Shown here piece by piece: positions 49,290-59,477 of a stretch of DNA of 64,000 nt; the first letter of the stretch is position 1, and the number at the start of each line of letters is the position of its first letter. Below the pieces are notes generated by a model. The model was not told the origin of the DNA. It saw nothing but the letters and a program-made list of their open reading frames with translations, and made no database searches. The position numbers were made by a program, and so were the translations under genes. Source of the DNA: a virus; the IMG/VR virus record IMGVR_UViG_3300032312_001008, positions 3,894 through 67,893 of that record. One strand, given 5' to 3'.

Positions 49290-49943
49290 ATGGCAATACT
49301 AAGAGGAATCAAAGAAATGGGTCCAATACTAGATGGCCCAAAGGGTGGAGACGGACCAAAGGTTAAGTGGCTAAAACTTGCAGATGGACAATCTGTAAAG
49401 ATTAGATTTTTAGAAGAACTTGACGAAGACTCAGCAAACTACAATGCAGAGCGTGGTCTAGCAATCGTTGTATCAGAACACACAAACCCAAAGGACTACA
49501 AGCGCAAGGCTGTAGATACAATGGATACAGAAGGTCGTGACTGGGCAGAAGAGATGCATCGCAAGGATCCAAAGGCTGGCTGGAGAGCACGTCTTCGTTT
49601 CTATTGCAACGTTCTAGTAGACGACGGCATTGAAGCACCATATGTTGCAATCTGGTCAATGGGTGTAAGCAAGCAATCATCATTTAATACAATTCGTGAG
49701 TATGCCCTTGAAACAGGAAGCATCTCAAATGTACAGTGGAAGTTAAAGCGTAACGGACAAGGAACTGAAACCAGTTACACACTAATTCCATCTGCACCAG
49801 ATAAGGAACCATTTAATTGGGGGGACATTAAGCCTTACCCACTAGAGTCTGCACTACGCAAGGTTCCATACGCAGAACAAGAAGCGTTCTATTTGGGCTT
49901 CGATGGCCCATCTGCCACTTCAGCAACTAACGCTGATTGGTAA
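49290..49943 (+). CDS. single-stranded DNA-binding protein (gp32-like)
   Basis: WLKLADGQSVKIRFL, KLKRNGQGTETSYTLIP; between primase and polymerase. Confidence 0.75.
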   Translation: MAILRGIKEMGPILDGPKGGDGPKVKWLKLADGQSVKIRFLEELDEDSANYNAERGLAIVVSEHTNPKDYKRKAVDTMDTEGRDWAEEMHRKDPKAGWRARLRFYCNVLVDDGIEAPYVAIWSMGVSKQSSFNTIREYALETGSISNVQWKLKRNGQGTETSYTLIPSAPDKEPFNWGDIKPYPLESALRKVPYAEQEAFYLGFDGPSATSATNADW

Positions 49944-49944
49944 T

Positions 49945-52900
49945 ATGAACTACGTCGGCTTACATGTCCATACCCATTTTAGTTTATTTGATGGGATTGC
50001 TACTCCAGAAGAATACGTGAACCGTGCAGTTGAGTTAGGGATGCCAGCAATTGCCATCACTGACCACGGTACTTTATCTGGGCATAGGGAACTGCACCGT
50101 ATTGCAAAAGCAAAGGGCATTAAGCCAATTCTAGGTCTAGAAGGATATATGTGTGCAGACATATCTGATACACGAGATAAGTCTGAAAGAGAAGGTCAGC
50201 AAGATCTTGTCTATAACCACATTATCCTTCTAGCCAAGAATCAAATTGGTTTGGAAAACCTTAACAAGATTAGTGAACTATCTTGGACAGATGGTTTCTT
50301 TAAGAAGCCACGCTTCGACTTTACAATTCTTGAAAAGTACAAAGAGGGAATTATTGTTACTTCTGCTTGTCCAAGTAGCGTACTCGTAAAAGCATTAGAA
50401 GAAGAAGAGTTTGCTCTTGCTAAGAAATATATCTCTTGGTTCAAAGAGCGCTTTAAGGATGATTACTACATTGAAGTCATGCCTCACAACGAAGCACACA
50501 TTAATAAGTATCTAATTGAACTTGCAGATGAGTTTGGAATTAAGGTTGTTGTAACACCAGACTGCCATCATGTGGACTCGTCACAAAAAGAAGTTCAAGA
50601 ATTTAAGTTACTTATGAACACCCACGGTAAGTTTGTAAAAGATGCAACATATGAAAAGTCAAAGAAAAAAGGCAGCATGATGGAACGCCTTGATTATCTT
50701 TATGGTGAAGACCGCCAGATTACATTTAATAAGTTTGATATTCACCTACTATCATATGACGAGATTAAAGCAGCCATGGAAGCGCAGGGTATTGATAGGC
50801 CAGACATCTATTCAAACACGCTCTTATTAGCAGAGACAGTAGGTGACTACGGAATTCAAGAAGGGCTAAACCTTCTACCAGTACAATACAAGAGTCCAGA
50901 CAAGGAACTTGCAAAGGCTGCTTTGGAAGGTTTGGTAGAGCGAGGTTTGTCAGATAACCAAGAGTATCTTGATAGACTTGAAGAAGAGTTGCAGATTATT
51001 AAGGATAAGAAGTTTGCTCCATACTTCCTTGTTGTAAGCAACATGATCAACTGGGCAAAGAAAGAAGAGATCATGGTTGGTCCTGGTCGTGGATCTTCTG
51101 CTGGTTCTCTTGTTTGCTACGCACTAAAGATTACAGACATTGATCCTATTGAACATAATCTTTTGTTCTTCCGCTTTATTAACCCAGAGCGTAATGACTT
51201 TCCAGATATTGATACAGATATTCAAGATACTCGTCGTGAAGAAGTAAAAGACTATCTTGTTAGACAGTATAGACATGTTGCATCGATTGCAACTTTTCTT
51301 GAGTTTACGGGTAAGGGAATTGTTAGAGACGTTGCACGAGTATTAAATATTCCGCTATCAGATGTCAATAAGGTATTAAAGACTGTAGATACATGGGATG
51401 ACTTCTGTACATCTAAATCAACACGAGAGTTCCGTGAGAAGTATCCAGAAGTAGAGATTTATGGAGAGCAACTTCGTGGTCGCATTCGTGGAACAGGCAT
51501 TCACGCAGCAGGTGTTGTAACTGCAAAAGAACCAATCTTTAGATATGCACCACTTGAAACAAGATCATCTACTGGATCTGACGAAAGAATTCCAGTCGTT
51601 GGTGTTGATATGGAAGAGGCTGAAAGAATTGGTTTAATTAAGATTGATGCACTTGGTCTTAAAACTTTGTCTGTTCTTAAAAACACAATTGACATCATTA
51701 AAGAGCGAGATGGAAAGAAGATAGATCTTCTTAAGATTAATATGGATGATGCAAATGTATATCAGATGCTTTCAGATGGATACACTAAGGGTGTGTTCCA
51801 ATGTGAAGCAGCACCATACACAAACCTTCTTGTCAAGATGGGTGTCAAGAATCTAAATGAACTTGCAGCATCAAATGCTCTTGTTCGTCCAGGTGCAATG
51901 AATACTATCGGAAAAGATTATGTTGACCGCAAGCATGGTCGTCAAAATATTTCTTATACACACCAAGTACTAAAACAATTTACGGAGGACACATATGGCT
52001 GTATTCTTTACCAAGAACAAGTTATGCAAGCATGTGTACACCTTGGAGGTATGTCCATGTCGGAAGCAGATAAAGTTAGAAAGATCATTGGAAAGAAAAA
52101 GGATGCTAAAGAATTTGATCAGTTTAAAGAAAAGTTCGTAGAGGGTGCATCCAAGTTTATTGCTCCTAACGCTGCTCGTGATCTATGGCATGACTTTGAG
52201 GCTCACGCAGGGTACTCATTTAATAAGTCTCACGCAGTAGCATACTCAACACTATCATATTGGACAGCATGGTTAAAGTATTATTACCCACTTGAGTTTA
52301 TGTACTCAGTACTAAAGAATGAAAAGGATAAAGATGCGAGAACTGAATATCTTATTGAAGCAAAAAGAATGGGCATTAGCATTAAGTTACCTCACATTAA
52401 CGATTCGGATATCGATTTTAAAATTGAGGGTAAAGGTATTAGGTTTGGACTCAGTGCTATCAAGTTCATATCTGACAAAATTGGTGAACGATACATATCG
52501 GCACGACCATTTAATTCGTATAAAGAACTTGAAGAGTTTACATTTACCAAGGGCAACGGAGTAAACAGTCGTGCACTACAGGCACTAAGAGTAATCGGTG
52601 CAGCAACATTCAATGATAATCCTAGAAATGATCAGGAGATTAAAGAGAACTTATATGAATATTTAAACCTTCCAGAGTTTAATATTACTATACCTTCTCA
52701 CTACTATGCTTTCATTCAGGACATTGTTGACTTTGAAGAAAAAGGATCATACATTTTTATGGGTATGGTAAAATCAATTAAACGAGGAACAGGATGGTCA
52801 CGAGTTGAAATTTTGGACAAAACTGGCAGTGTCGGTATATTTGATGATGAAAATACGACTATTGAGACAGGTCGTTCTTATCTGGTCTTGTGTAATGATA

Positions 52901-53220
52901 ACAGGATTGTTTCTTTCATACCTTCAGATGAGATAAAAGAATCATCGCATGCTCTTGTGAAGTTTTTAAGTTACAAGCAGTTGCCGTATAAAGATGATGA
53001 GATGTTTGTAGTTTCATTTAAACCAAGGGTCACAAAGACTGGAAAGAAGATGGCATCTCTTACGCTTGCAGATACGAGTAGAGACTTGCATTCTGTTACA
53101 GTTTTCCCTACATCTTTTGCAAAAGCATATATGCACATTGAAGAAGGAAAATCTTATAAATTTGATTTTGGAAAGACAAAAGACGGAACAGTAACATTGG
53201 AGGATGTACATGTCAGTTAG
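49945..53220 (+). CDS. dnaE: DNA polymerase III alpha subunit (family C)
   Basis: PHP LHVHTHFS and ITDHG, GPGRGSSAGS, FPDIDTD, GIHAAG, GYSFNKSH; start at ATG 49945. Confidence 0.95.
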   Translation: MNYVGLHVHTHFSLFDGIATPEEYVNRAVELGMPAIAITDHGTLSGHRELHRIAKAKGIKPILGLEGYMCADISDTRDKSEREGQQDLVYNHIILLAKNQIGLENLNKISELSWTDGFFKKPRFDFTILEKYKEGIIVTSACPSSVLVKALEEEEFALAKKYISWFKERFKDDYYIEVMPHNEAHINKYLIELADEFGIKVVVTPDCHHVDSSQKEVQEFKLLMNTHGKFVKDATYEKSKKKGSMMERLDYLYGEDRQITFNKFDIHLLSYDEIKAAMEAQGIDRPDIYSNTLLLAETVGDYGIQEGLNLLPVQYKSPDKELAKAALEGLVERGLSDNQEYLDRLEEELQIIKDKKFAPYFLVVSNMINWAKKEEIMVGPGRGSSAGSLVCYALKITDIDPIEHNLLFFRFINPERNDFPDIDTDIQDTRREEVKDYLVRQYRHVASIATFLEFTGKGIVRDVARVLNIPLSDVNKVLKTVDTWDDFCTSKSTREFREKYPEVEIYGEQLRGRIRGTGIHAAGVVTAKEPIFRYAPLETRSSTGSDERIPVVGVDMEEAERIGLIKIDALGLKTLSVLKNTIDIIKERDGKKIDLLKINMDDANVYQMLSDGYTKGVFQCEAAPYTNLLVKMGVKNLNELAASNALVRPGAMNTIGKDYVDRKHGRQNISYTHQVLKQFTEDTYGCILYQEQVMQACVHLGGMSMSEADKVRKIIGKKKDAKEFDQFKEKFVEGASKFIAPNAARDLWHDFEAHAGYSFNKSHAVAYSTLSYWTAWLKYYYPLEFMYSVLKNEKDKDARTEYLIEAKRMGISIKLPHINDSDIDFKIEGKGIRFGLSAIKFISDKIGERYISARPFNSYKELEEFTFTKGNGVNSRALQALRVIGAATFNDNPRNDQEIKENLYEYLNLPEFNITIPSHYYAFIQDIVDFEEKGSYIFMGMVKSIKRGTGWSRVEILDKTGSVGIFDDENTTIETGRSYLVLCNDNRIVSFIPSDEIKESSHALVKFLSYKQLPYKDDEMFVVSFKPRVTKTGKKMASLTLADTSRDLHSVTVFPTSFAKAYMHIEEGKSYKFDFGKTKDGTVTLEDVHVS

Positions 53221-54220
53221 TATAGAAGAAGCGTTAGCACAACTTGATCCCAAGTTGAGAAAAAGATTAGGTAGCGGAGTTGGTGTTAACTATGAATATC
53301 AGCCTACACCTAGTTTTGGTTTAAACCGTGCCTTAGGAGGAGGTCTTCCCTATGGTAGACAAGTTCTTATATGGGGCTCCAAGTCCTCTGCAAAGTCCTC
53401 TATGTGCCTTCAGATGATTGCTCTAGCACAAGCAGAAGGAAAGTTGTGTGCTTGGATTGACTCAGAGATGTCGTACTCAGAAGAATGGGCTAGAACTCTT
53501 GGAGTAGATCCAGAAAAACTTATCTACTCACAAGCAAGAACTATTAGTGACATGGTAGAGGTTGGTGTTGGTCTAATGAATGCTGGTGTTGATTTAATAG
53601 TGGTAGACTCTATTACATCAATGCTTCCTGCAATTTATTTTGAAAAGGACACTGATGAGATGAAGGCTTTGGAAAATACAAAGCAGATTGGAGCGGAGTC
53701 CCGTGACTTTAGTAATGCTTGGAAGATGCTCAACTATGCTAACAACAAAGTTAAGCCAACTCTTCTCGTTCTTATTAGCCAGTCTCGTAACAATATTAAT
53801 GCTATGTATACTAGTCAGCAGCCTTCTGGTGGTCAGGCTACTAAGTTCTATTCTTCTTGTATCATTAAACTTTTTAGTTCAGAATCAGACAATCAAGCAA
53901 TTAAAGGCAAGATCAAGGTAGGAGATAAATTAATTGAAGAAAAAATTGGTAGAACTATTAAGTGGGAACTACAGTTCTCCAAAACCTCTCCAGGGTTTCA
54001 GTCTGGTGAGTATGATTTTTATTTTAGAGGTGACGATATTGGTCTTGATACCATTGGTGATCTGGTTACTACCGCAGAACTAAACGGTATTGTAGAGCGC
54101 ACTGGAGCGTGGTATATCCTACCTGATGGCTCAAAGGTCCAGGGTAAAGAGGCATTCGTTAATCGTGTAAGAGAGGATCTTGACTTGCAAGAATCAATCA
54201 AGGCTAAACTAAATGGCTAG
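53210..54220 (+). CDS. recA: RecA/UvsX-like recombinase
   Basis: LGGGLPYGR, WIDSE, IVVDSI, ISQSR, GGQATKFYSS, GAWY; SD GGAGG. Confidence 0.9.
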   Translation: MSVSIEEALAQLDPKLRKRLGSGVGVNYEYQPTPSFGLNRALGGGLPYGRQVLIWGSKSSAKSSMCLQMIALAQAEGKLCAWIDSEMSYSEEWARTLGVDPEKLIYSQARTISDMVEVGVGLMNAGVDLIVVDSITSMLPAIYFEKDTDEMKALENTKQIGAESRDFSNAWKMLNYANNKVKPTLLVLISQSRNNINAMYTSQQPSGGQATKFYSSCIIKLFSSESDNQAIKGKIKVGDKLIEEKIGRTIKWELQFSKTSPGFQSGEYDFYFRGDDIGLDTIGDLVTTAELNGIVERTGAWYILPDGSKVQGKEAFVNRVREDLDLQESIKAKLNG

Positions 54221-54389
54221 TTATACAGTTTATAATGGAAAGTTTGTTTGCCATGAATGCAAAGCAGAGGTTAAATCTTTAAGGCTTTATGCAGATACAA
54301 AAACTGCAACATGGATGTGCCCAAGTAAACACTTGAGTACAGTAAAGTTTGGCAAGCAGAAATACAAGGGCAATGACAGAGAAGAGTGA
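54213..54389 (+). CDS. small zinc-binding protein, 58 aa (MASYTVYNGKFVCHEC...WMCPSKH...)
   Basis: Translated by hand; fills the gap between recA and the next gene; CxxC...CxxxH. Confidence 0.7.
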   Translation: MASYTVYNGKFVCHECKAEVKSLRLYADTKTATWMCPSKHLSTVKFGKQKYKGNDREE

Positions 54390-54648
54390 GTCTAAGAGAA
54401 TAGGTGCTAAGCAGCACAAAAACTCTGGTCGTAATACCCAAAAAGGAGATGCCTCTTGGAAAAACTTTGTCGTAGACTTTAAAGAGGTTGGCAAATCTTT
54501 TACTTTGAATAAAGAGGTTTGGGCTAAGGCCACCACAGATGCTATGAAGAATGGAAAAGATCCAGCAATTATTGTTGTGATAGGTGAAGGAAATTCAAAA
54601 GTAAGGCTGGCAATTATTGAAATGTCAATTCTAGAAGATTTGGTATAA
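54373..54648 (+). CDS. PD-(D/E)xK Holliday-junction-resolvase-like nuclease
   Basis: E...NSG...KGD...VDFKE motif. Confidence 0.7.
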   Translation: MTEKSESKRIGAKQHKNSGRNTQKGDASWKNFVVDFKEVGKSFTLNKEVWAKATTDAMKNGKDPAIIVVIGEGNSKVRLAIIEMSILEDLV

Positions 54649-54649
54649 T
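54641..54649 (+). promoter_or_regulatory. extended -10 promoter TGGTATAAT, likely leaderless
   Basis: Overlaps stop codon; 6 nt before ATG 54656. Confidence 0.7.
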
Positions 54650-54655
54650 GATAAC

Positions 54656-55297
54656 ATGAAAACTCAAGTACTCAAAAGCATCTTGTCTAATGAAGATAAG
54701 TCTAGAATATTTAAAATAGTAGAGGAAGAACTTTCCTATAGGCCTGTTAGGAGACAGCCAAACCCAAGCAGAATCACTGATACAGGTGATACTACAAATA
54801 TAATTGAGAACTATGGAAGATTAGAAATGAAATATATAAACCTTCCAGAAGACATTATGGAAAAACTGCACAGCATTGTGGAAAAGTCTTCAGACGAAGT
54901 CTTCCCCGATCTTGCTTTTGGTTTTGTAATTTACGCTGAATACTCAAAGTCATATGGCAAAAACCCTATGCTTGACCCACATTTTGACATATCAGATGTA
55001 CATACAATTATACTAGACTATCAGTTAGAATCAAATACATCTTGGGAAATTGCTGTTGAGTCTGAAAAGTTTATTCTAGAAGACAATAGCGGTTTATTAT
55101 TTGAACCTGAAAACAATATTCATTATAGACCTGCTAAGAATTTTGAAGATGATGAGTTTGTCAAAATGCTATTTATTAGATTTATTACTGGAAAAGATGC
55201 TGTAATTCATACTAACGAAGAACATATGAGACTTGGAAAAAATCAAGAAATCTACAATAAGATATCAAATAGAATCATAGAAAAGGACACCCATTGA
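54656..55297 (+). CDS. Fe(II)/2OG dioxygenase, array member 1
   Basis: LDPHFD...LDYQLESNTSW...IHYRP. Confidence 0.75.
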   Translation: MKTQVLKSILSNEDKSRIFKIVEEELSYRPVRRQPNPSRITDTGDTTNIIENYGRLEMKYINLPEDIMEKLHSIVEKSSDEVFPDLAFGFVIYAEYSKSYGKNPMLDPHFDISDVHTIILDYQLESNTSWEIAVESEKFILEDNSGLLFEPENNIHYRPAKNFEDDEFVKMLFIRFITGKDAVIHTNEEHMRLGKNQEIYNKISNRIIEKDTH

Positions 55298-55342
55298 GTC
55301 AGGTAAAATATTTTATTTTAAATGTTTTTGAGATAAGGTATA

Positions 55343-55984
55343 ATGTATTATATGTTTAAAAATAACTATAAAACAAAAGCCTTTACTTTAGAAGAGATAA
55401 AGCAAATCCAAGAATCTGTCAATAATGAACTCATAAAAAGAGAAACAGTTGAATGGGATGATTCAACTATGGGCGGAACGCATGAAGACAATTTAGTAAG
55501 AATTAAAAAAAATAATCTTGGTAGGCTTGAAATAAATAACTTGCCTTTACCGTTTGCACTAAGAACAAAAGCATGGAGAATGGGTCAAGAGATGTATCAA
55601 CTTGATAGGTCTTATCCTAAAAATATTAGCGGAATAACTTATGTTGAGTATAACCCAAAATATGGTGTACCAGTTCTTAACCTACATAAAGACAATGGGT
55701 CTTGTGGTTTAATATTAGACTACCAGTTAGAGTCAAACGTAGTATGGCCTTTTGGAGTTGAAGATTCTTTGTATGAGTTAGAAGATAATTCAGTTTTAGC
55801 AATGTATCCTATTACGCATTATCACTGGAGGCCAGAAATAAAGTGGTCAGATGGAGATTTTGTAAAGTTAGTATTCTTTGAATTTTTTACGCCAGACTTA
55901 GAAAAAGAAGAAGATGAATCAAGGAAAAAAGAAGTAAAAAAATTTATAGATAGTTTTTCTTTAGGAGGAAAAAATGAAGCATGA
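55343..55984 (+). CDS. Fe(II)/2OG dioxygenase, array member 2 (start may be 55352)
   Basis: LNLHKD...LDYQLESNVVW...YHWRP; TATAAT at 55339-55344. Confidence 0.75.
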   Translation: MYYMFKNNYKTKAFTLEEIKQIQESVNNELIKRETVEWDDSTMGGTHEDNLVRIKKNNLGRLEINNLPLPFALRTKAWRMGQEMYQLDRSYPKNISGITYVEYNPKYGVPVLNLHKDNGSCGLILDYQLESNVVWPFGVEDSLYELEDNSVLAMYPITHYHWRPEIKWSDGDFVKLVFFEFFTPDLEKEEDESRKKEVKKFIDSFSLGGKNEA

Positions 55985-56606
55985 TGAAGCAAATGTAATT
56001 GTCGACAATGTTTTTACGCAAGAGGAGATAGATCAAATCTTGCATGCGCTTGAAAATAAAAGTGGAAGTGTGTTTGTTGCAATTCATTGTCAAACAAACA
56101 ACTTCATTCAGTTGCCTCAAAATATAATTGATAAGTTTACCAATTATGCCAGATCTATAAGTGGAAACAATAATTTAGTTCTAACTGAATATTGTCATAA
56201 TAGATATGAAAATGTCGAGCAAGATGGGAAGCAATACAAGCCTTCACTATTCCCACACTATGATGAAACATTTAAAGAACCAAGGTTTACTTTTGATTAT
56301 CAACTAAGATCAAATATAGATTGGCCAATAGTTGTTGAGCCAGACACTGAGTTAACTCTAAAAGATAATCAAGCGGCAACTTTTAGTGGTACAAATCAAA
56401 TTCACTGGAGAACACCAACAGAGTTTAAGGATGGAGATTATTTAGAAATGGTTTTTTGTCATTTCTCTGATCCAACCAGTGGACCAAAAACTGCAGACGC
56501 AAATGAAATAATGGATGCAAAAGCAGCAAAGTATCAGGAATGGTTTGATCAAAATGGAGGATATTCTAATGGAACATATCTTAACGGGAGGTATGTAAAT
56601 GTTTGA
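55974..56606 (+). CDS. Fe(II)/2OG dioxygenase, array member 3
   Basis: LFPHYD...FDYQLRSNIDW...IHWRT; SD AGGAGG. Confidence 0.75.
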   Translation: MKHDEANVIVDNVFTQEEIDQILHALENKSGSVFVAIHCQTNNFIQLPQNIIDKFTNYARSISGNNNLVLTEYCHNRYENVEQDGKQYKPSLFPHYDETFKEPRFTFDYQLRSNIDWPIVVEPDTELTLKDNQAATFSGTNQIHWRTPTEFKDGDYLEMVFCHFSDPTSGPKTADANEIMDAKAAKYQEWFDQNGGYSNGTYLNGRYVNV

Positions 56607-57387
56607 GTTGCATGAATACTTAACAGGGTTTGACAAATACAATAAAGAGTTACCATTCTATGTTGATAATTTATTTAGTGATGATCAAAAATCAAGAATA
56701 AAGTCAATCATTGAAGAAAACAGAAAAATAGAGCCTTTTATTATTGGCGATAAGATTGAAGATGGCTATATCAGAACCTCAGAGTTTAGAAGTAGGTTTC
56801 AACCAAAAATTGCTAAAAATATGTCTCGTACTTTAATTGAGTTTGATATTCCAGAAGACTGTGAAAAAACTATGGATAAAATTGTAAAGCCATTGTATAA
56901 AGAAGATATAGCATTATGTCACTACAACTACATTGATTATAATATTAAGTATGGATATGGAGACAACAGTCCTGCACTTCCTCCACATTTAGATGCAGAT
57001 AATAACTTAGTCACAGTGAACTACTGCCTTGATACAAACATAGAATGGGATATTTATATTGGCAATTGGAACGATACTGGAAATTTTACAAAGTATTCTT
57101 TAGGTGCTGGGCAAACAATAGTTTTTAGTGCTGTTAACCAGATTCACTGGAGACCAAAACGTAAGTTTAAAGATGGGGAGTTCTGTGAAATAATTAGCAT
57201 GGACTATTCACCATTAGACAGTTATAGATTTGCTGGTGGTACAAACCCTATAGATCCAGAAATTTATCCAGAAAAAAGAATTGAATACTTAAACAAATTG
57301 CAAGAAAGACCAGACATGACAGCAGCATTTGATCTTTGGAATGAAGAAGGATTGCTAGATGGAATTAGCAAAGAGTCGATGGGCTAA
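56599..57387 (+). CDS. Fe(II)/2OG dioxygenase, array member 4
   Basis: LPPHLD...VNYCLDTNIEW...IHWRP; SD GGAGG. Confidence 0.75.
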   Translation: MFELHEYLTGFDKYNKELPFYVDNLFSDDQKSRIKSIIEENRKIEPFIIGDKIEDGYIRTSEFRSRFQPKIAKNMSRTLIEFDIPEDCEKTMDKIVKPLYKEDIALCHYNYIDYNIKYGYGDNSPALPPHLDADNNLVTVNYCLDTNIEWDIYIGNWNDTGNFTKYSLGAGQTIVFSAVNQIHWRPKRKFKDGEFCEIISMDYSPLDSYRFAGGTNPIDPEIYPEKRIEYLNKLQERPDMTAAFDLWNEEGLLDGISKESMG

Positions 57388-57388
57388 A

Positions 57389-58081
57389 ATGTATTATTTA
57401 AATTATGCACCTAAAAATAATATTGAAACAAAAATATATAAAAATTTTTTTAGTAAAAAAGATTTAGAAAGTATTTATGAATCAATAAACAAATCCAAAA
57501 AGATGGAATATGGAAGTGATTTTTATGCACCAGTAATACAAAAAGGATTGTCTAGGGTTCATATTGAAATTGAATATAAAAAAGAACTTATCAAAAGAAT
57601 GGAAGACTTTGCATCTGAACTGTGTGGAGAGCCAGTAATACTTACGCACAACAGTTACTACCACTATAGTAGGTCTTATAATCCAGAAATTGAAACTCCA
57701 ATTCTTCAACCACACAGAGATTTTGATAATTACTATTCAAAACTAACTCTCGACTATCAATTAGAAAAAAATATAGACTGGGACATAATTATTGAGGGAC
57801 ATAGATATAGTCTTGAGCCTGGAGACATGCTTGCTTTTTGGGGTGCTGGTCTTATACACTGGAGAGAAAACATAGTTCTTGGTCATGATGACTATACAAC
57901 TGTTCTAACATTACATTTTTCAAGTGAAAAAGAACATAAAGAACTAGGCGAAATATCTAGAACAAAAGATGAAAGAGAAAAAAGACAAATGGCAAATGAG
58001 GAAGATCCTGCGCTAAAAAAGTACAAAAAGGTTTGGGAACAAGAAAGAGTAGATTTTAATAATAGAAAAAATGGGGTATAA
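57389..58081 (+). CDS. Fe(II)/2OG dioxygenase, array member 5
   Basis: LQPHRD...LDYQLEKNIDW...PGDMLAFWG..LIHWRE. Confidence 0.75.
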   Translation: MYYLNYAPKNNIETKIYKNFFSKKDLESIYESINKSKKMEYGSDFYAPVIQKGLSRVHIEIEYKKELIKRMEDFASELCGEPVILTHNSYYHYSRSYNPEIETPILQPHRDFDNYYSKLTLDYQLEKNIDWDIIIEGHRYSLEPGDMLAFWGAGLIHWRENIVLGHDDYTTVLTLHFSSEKEHKELGEISRTKDEREKRQMANEEDPALKKYKKVWEQERVDFNNRKNGV

Positions 58082-58083
58082 AA

Positions 58084-58389
58084 ATGCAACAAGAACAAAC
58101 AACTATAGATATGGTCAATGGTTTATCTGAGATTGCAGACTATATGCAGGATGAAGAACTAACAACAGCGCTAACTATGATTGCTAAACTAATTATAAAG
58201 CCAGATATCCCAATCAATGTTGCACACGTAGAAATAGTAAGGCTTCAAGCAATAGCAGCAAAGATGGCATTCAAGGCTACATGGATGGCTAATGTTGACA
58301 AGTCAGATCGTGGAAAGAAGAATCTTTATTATACGGCAGCAGAGTCGCTTAATAATTTAGTGTCTGCACTCAAATATATTACACGCTAA
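58084..58389 (+). CDS. hypothetical helical protein
   Basis: 101-aa ORF with phage-typical codon use. Confidence 0.7.
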   Translation: MQQEQTTIDMVNGLSEIADYMQDEELTTALTMIAKLIIKPDIPINVAHVEIVRLQAIAAKMAFKATWMANVDKSDRGKKNLYYTAAESLNNLVSALKYITR

Positions 58390-58391
58390 TC

Positions 58392-58400
58392 TGCTATACT
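58392..58400 (+). promoter_or_regulatory. extended -10 promoter TGCTATACT
   Basis: Intergenic, before the Cas4-like gene. Confidence 0.65.
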
Positions 58401-58423
58401 TATACTAATAGAAACGAGAAAAA

Positions 58424-59224
58424 ATGACAAAAAGTTTATTGCAACAGATCATGGTAAAGCAAGAAAAGCCACCAGTGCACTCAATAGATGTCGCTGGCTT
58501 GACTGAAAAAATTCAGTCTGGCTACACTGTTAATCGTATTGAAAAACAAACACAGAAGAAGACTTTTGCGCCTTCAACTATTGCCTATGGGCATGGAGAG
58601 TGTCCAAGATATTGGTATCTTGCCTTTGATGGACAGATGTTTGAAGATGATGCAACACCATACAGCGCAGCAAATATGACTGCAGGAACAAAGTCACACG
58701 AACGAATTCAGGAAGCAATGAGAAATGTTCCAGACTTTCTTGTAGATGAAGAATTTAAAATAACATATTCTGATCCACCAATCTTTGGTTACGGAGATGT
58801 TATGGTTAATTGGCAAGGAGAAGAACTTCTTGGTGAAATTAAAACAATGATGAATGAAGGTTTTGAGTATCGAAAGGCTCACATGAAACCAAAGACTGGT
58901 CACCTAGTACAGTTGCTCATCTATATGAAGATTTTAAAGAAGGCAAAGGCTGTTCTTATTTATGAAAATAAAAACAATCATGAGTTGCTTATTCTTCCAG
59001 TAGAAGTAAATGATTATTATCGTCGGTGGGTAGACCAGACGTTTGAATGGATGAGATCAGTTCGTAAGGCTTGGGTCGATAGAACACTGCCTGAAAAGAA
59101 CTATCGCTCAAACTCAAAGATCTGCAAATCTTGTCCTATTAAAAAGGCTTGTGCAGATGCTGGTAAGGGAGACTTTAAACTAAAGTCCTTGGAGCCTATA
59201 GATGAAGAATTGTCAATGGTGTGA
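58424..59224 (+). CDS. Cas4-like PD-(D/E)xK exonuclease
   Basis: CPRYWY, GTKSHERIQ, GYGD...EIKT, QLLIY, CKSCPIKKAC (four Cys, Fe-S type). Confidence 0.85.
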   Translation: MTKSLLQQIMVKQEKPPVHSIDVAGLTEKIQSGYTVNRIEKQTQKKTFAPSTIAYGHGECPRYWYLAFDGQMFEDDATPYSAANMTAGTKSHERIQEAMRNVPDFLVDEEFKITYSDPPIFGYGDVMVNWQGEELLGEIKTMMNEGFEYRKAHMKPKTGHLVQLLIYMKILKKAKAVLIYENKNNHELLILPVEVNDYYRRWVDQTFEWMRSVRKAWVDRTLPEKNYRSNSKICKSCPIKKACADAGKGDFKLKSLEPIDEELSMV

Positions 59225-59477
59225 CAAACAATTTAAAACAGATATAACATATCAAATATATTGTTCGCCAGAGTGTAGAGACATGTCAACAAAAGAAAAA
59301 ATTGCTGCAAGGTATATAGTTTCTAGACGACAAAAAAGAAAAGGCAAGGAAAGAAATTGTAAATCATGCAAAGAGCCTTTATCAATATATAATGATGAAA
59401 ATCTTTGCGTAAAATGCAACGTCAATCCTTCAGATGTAGCAAAAGCGTTAAAAAAAATTAAGGATAATTTAAAATGA
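59202..59477 (+). CDS. zinc-finger protein
   Basis: CQWC...YCSPEC...CKSC...CVKC. Confidence 0.75.
   Translation: MKNCQWCDKQFKTDITYQIYCSPECRDMSTKEKIAARYIVSRRQKRKGKERNCKSCKEPLSIYNDENLCVKCNVNPSDVAKALKKIKDNLK

Noticed and set aside
58424-59224. CRISPR-Cas locus
   Set aside because: Solo Cas4-like nuclease typical of phage recombination modules; no array or other cas genes
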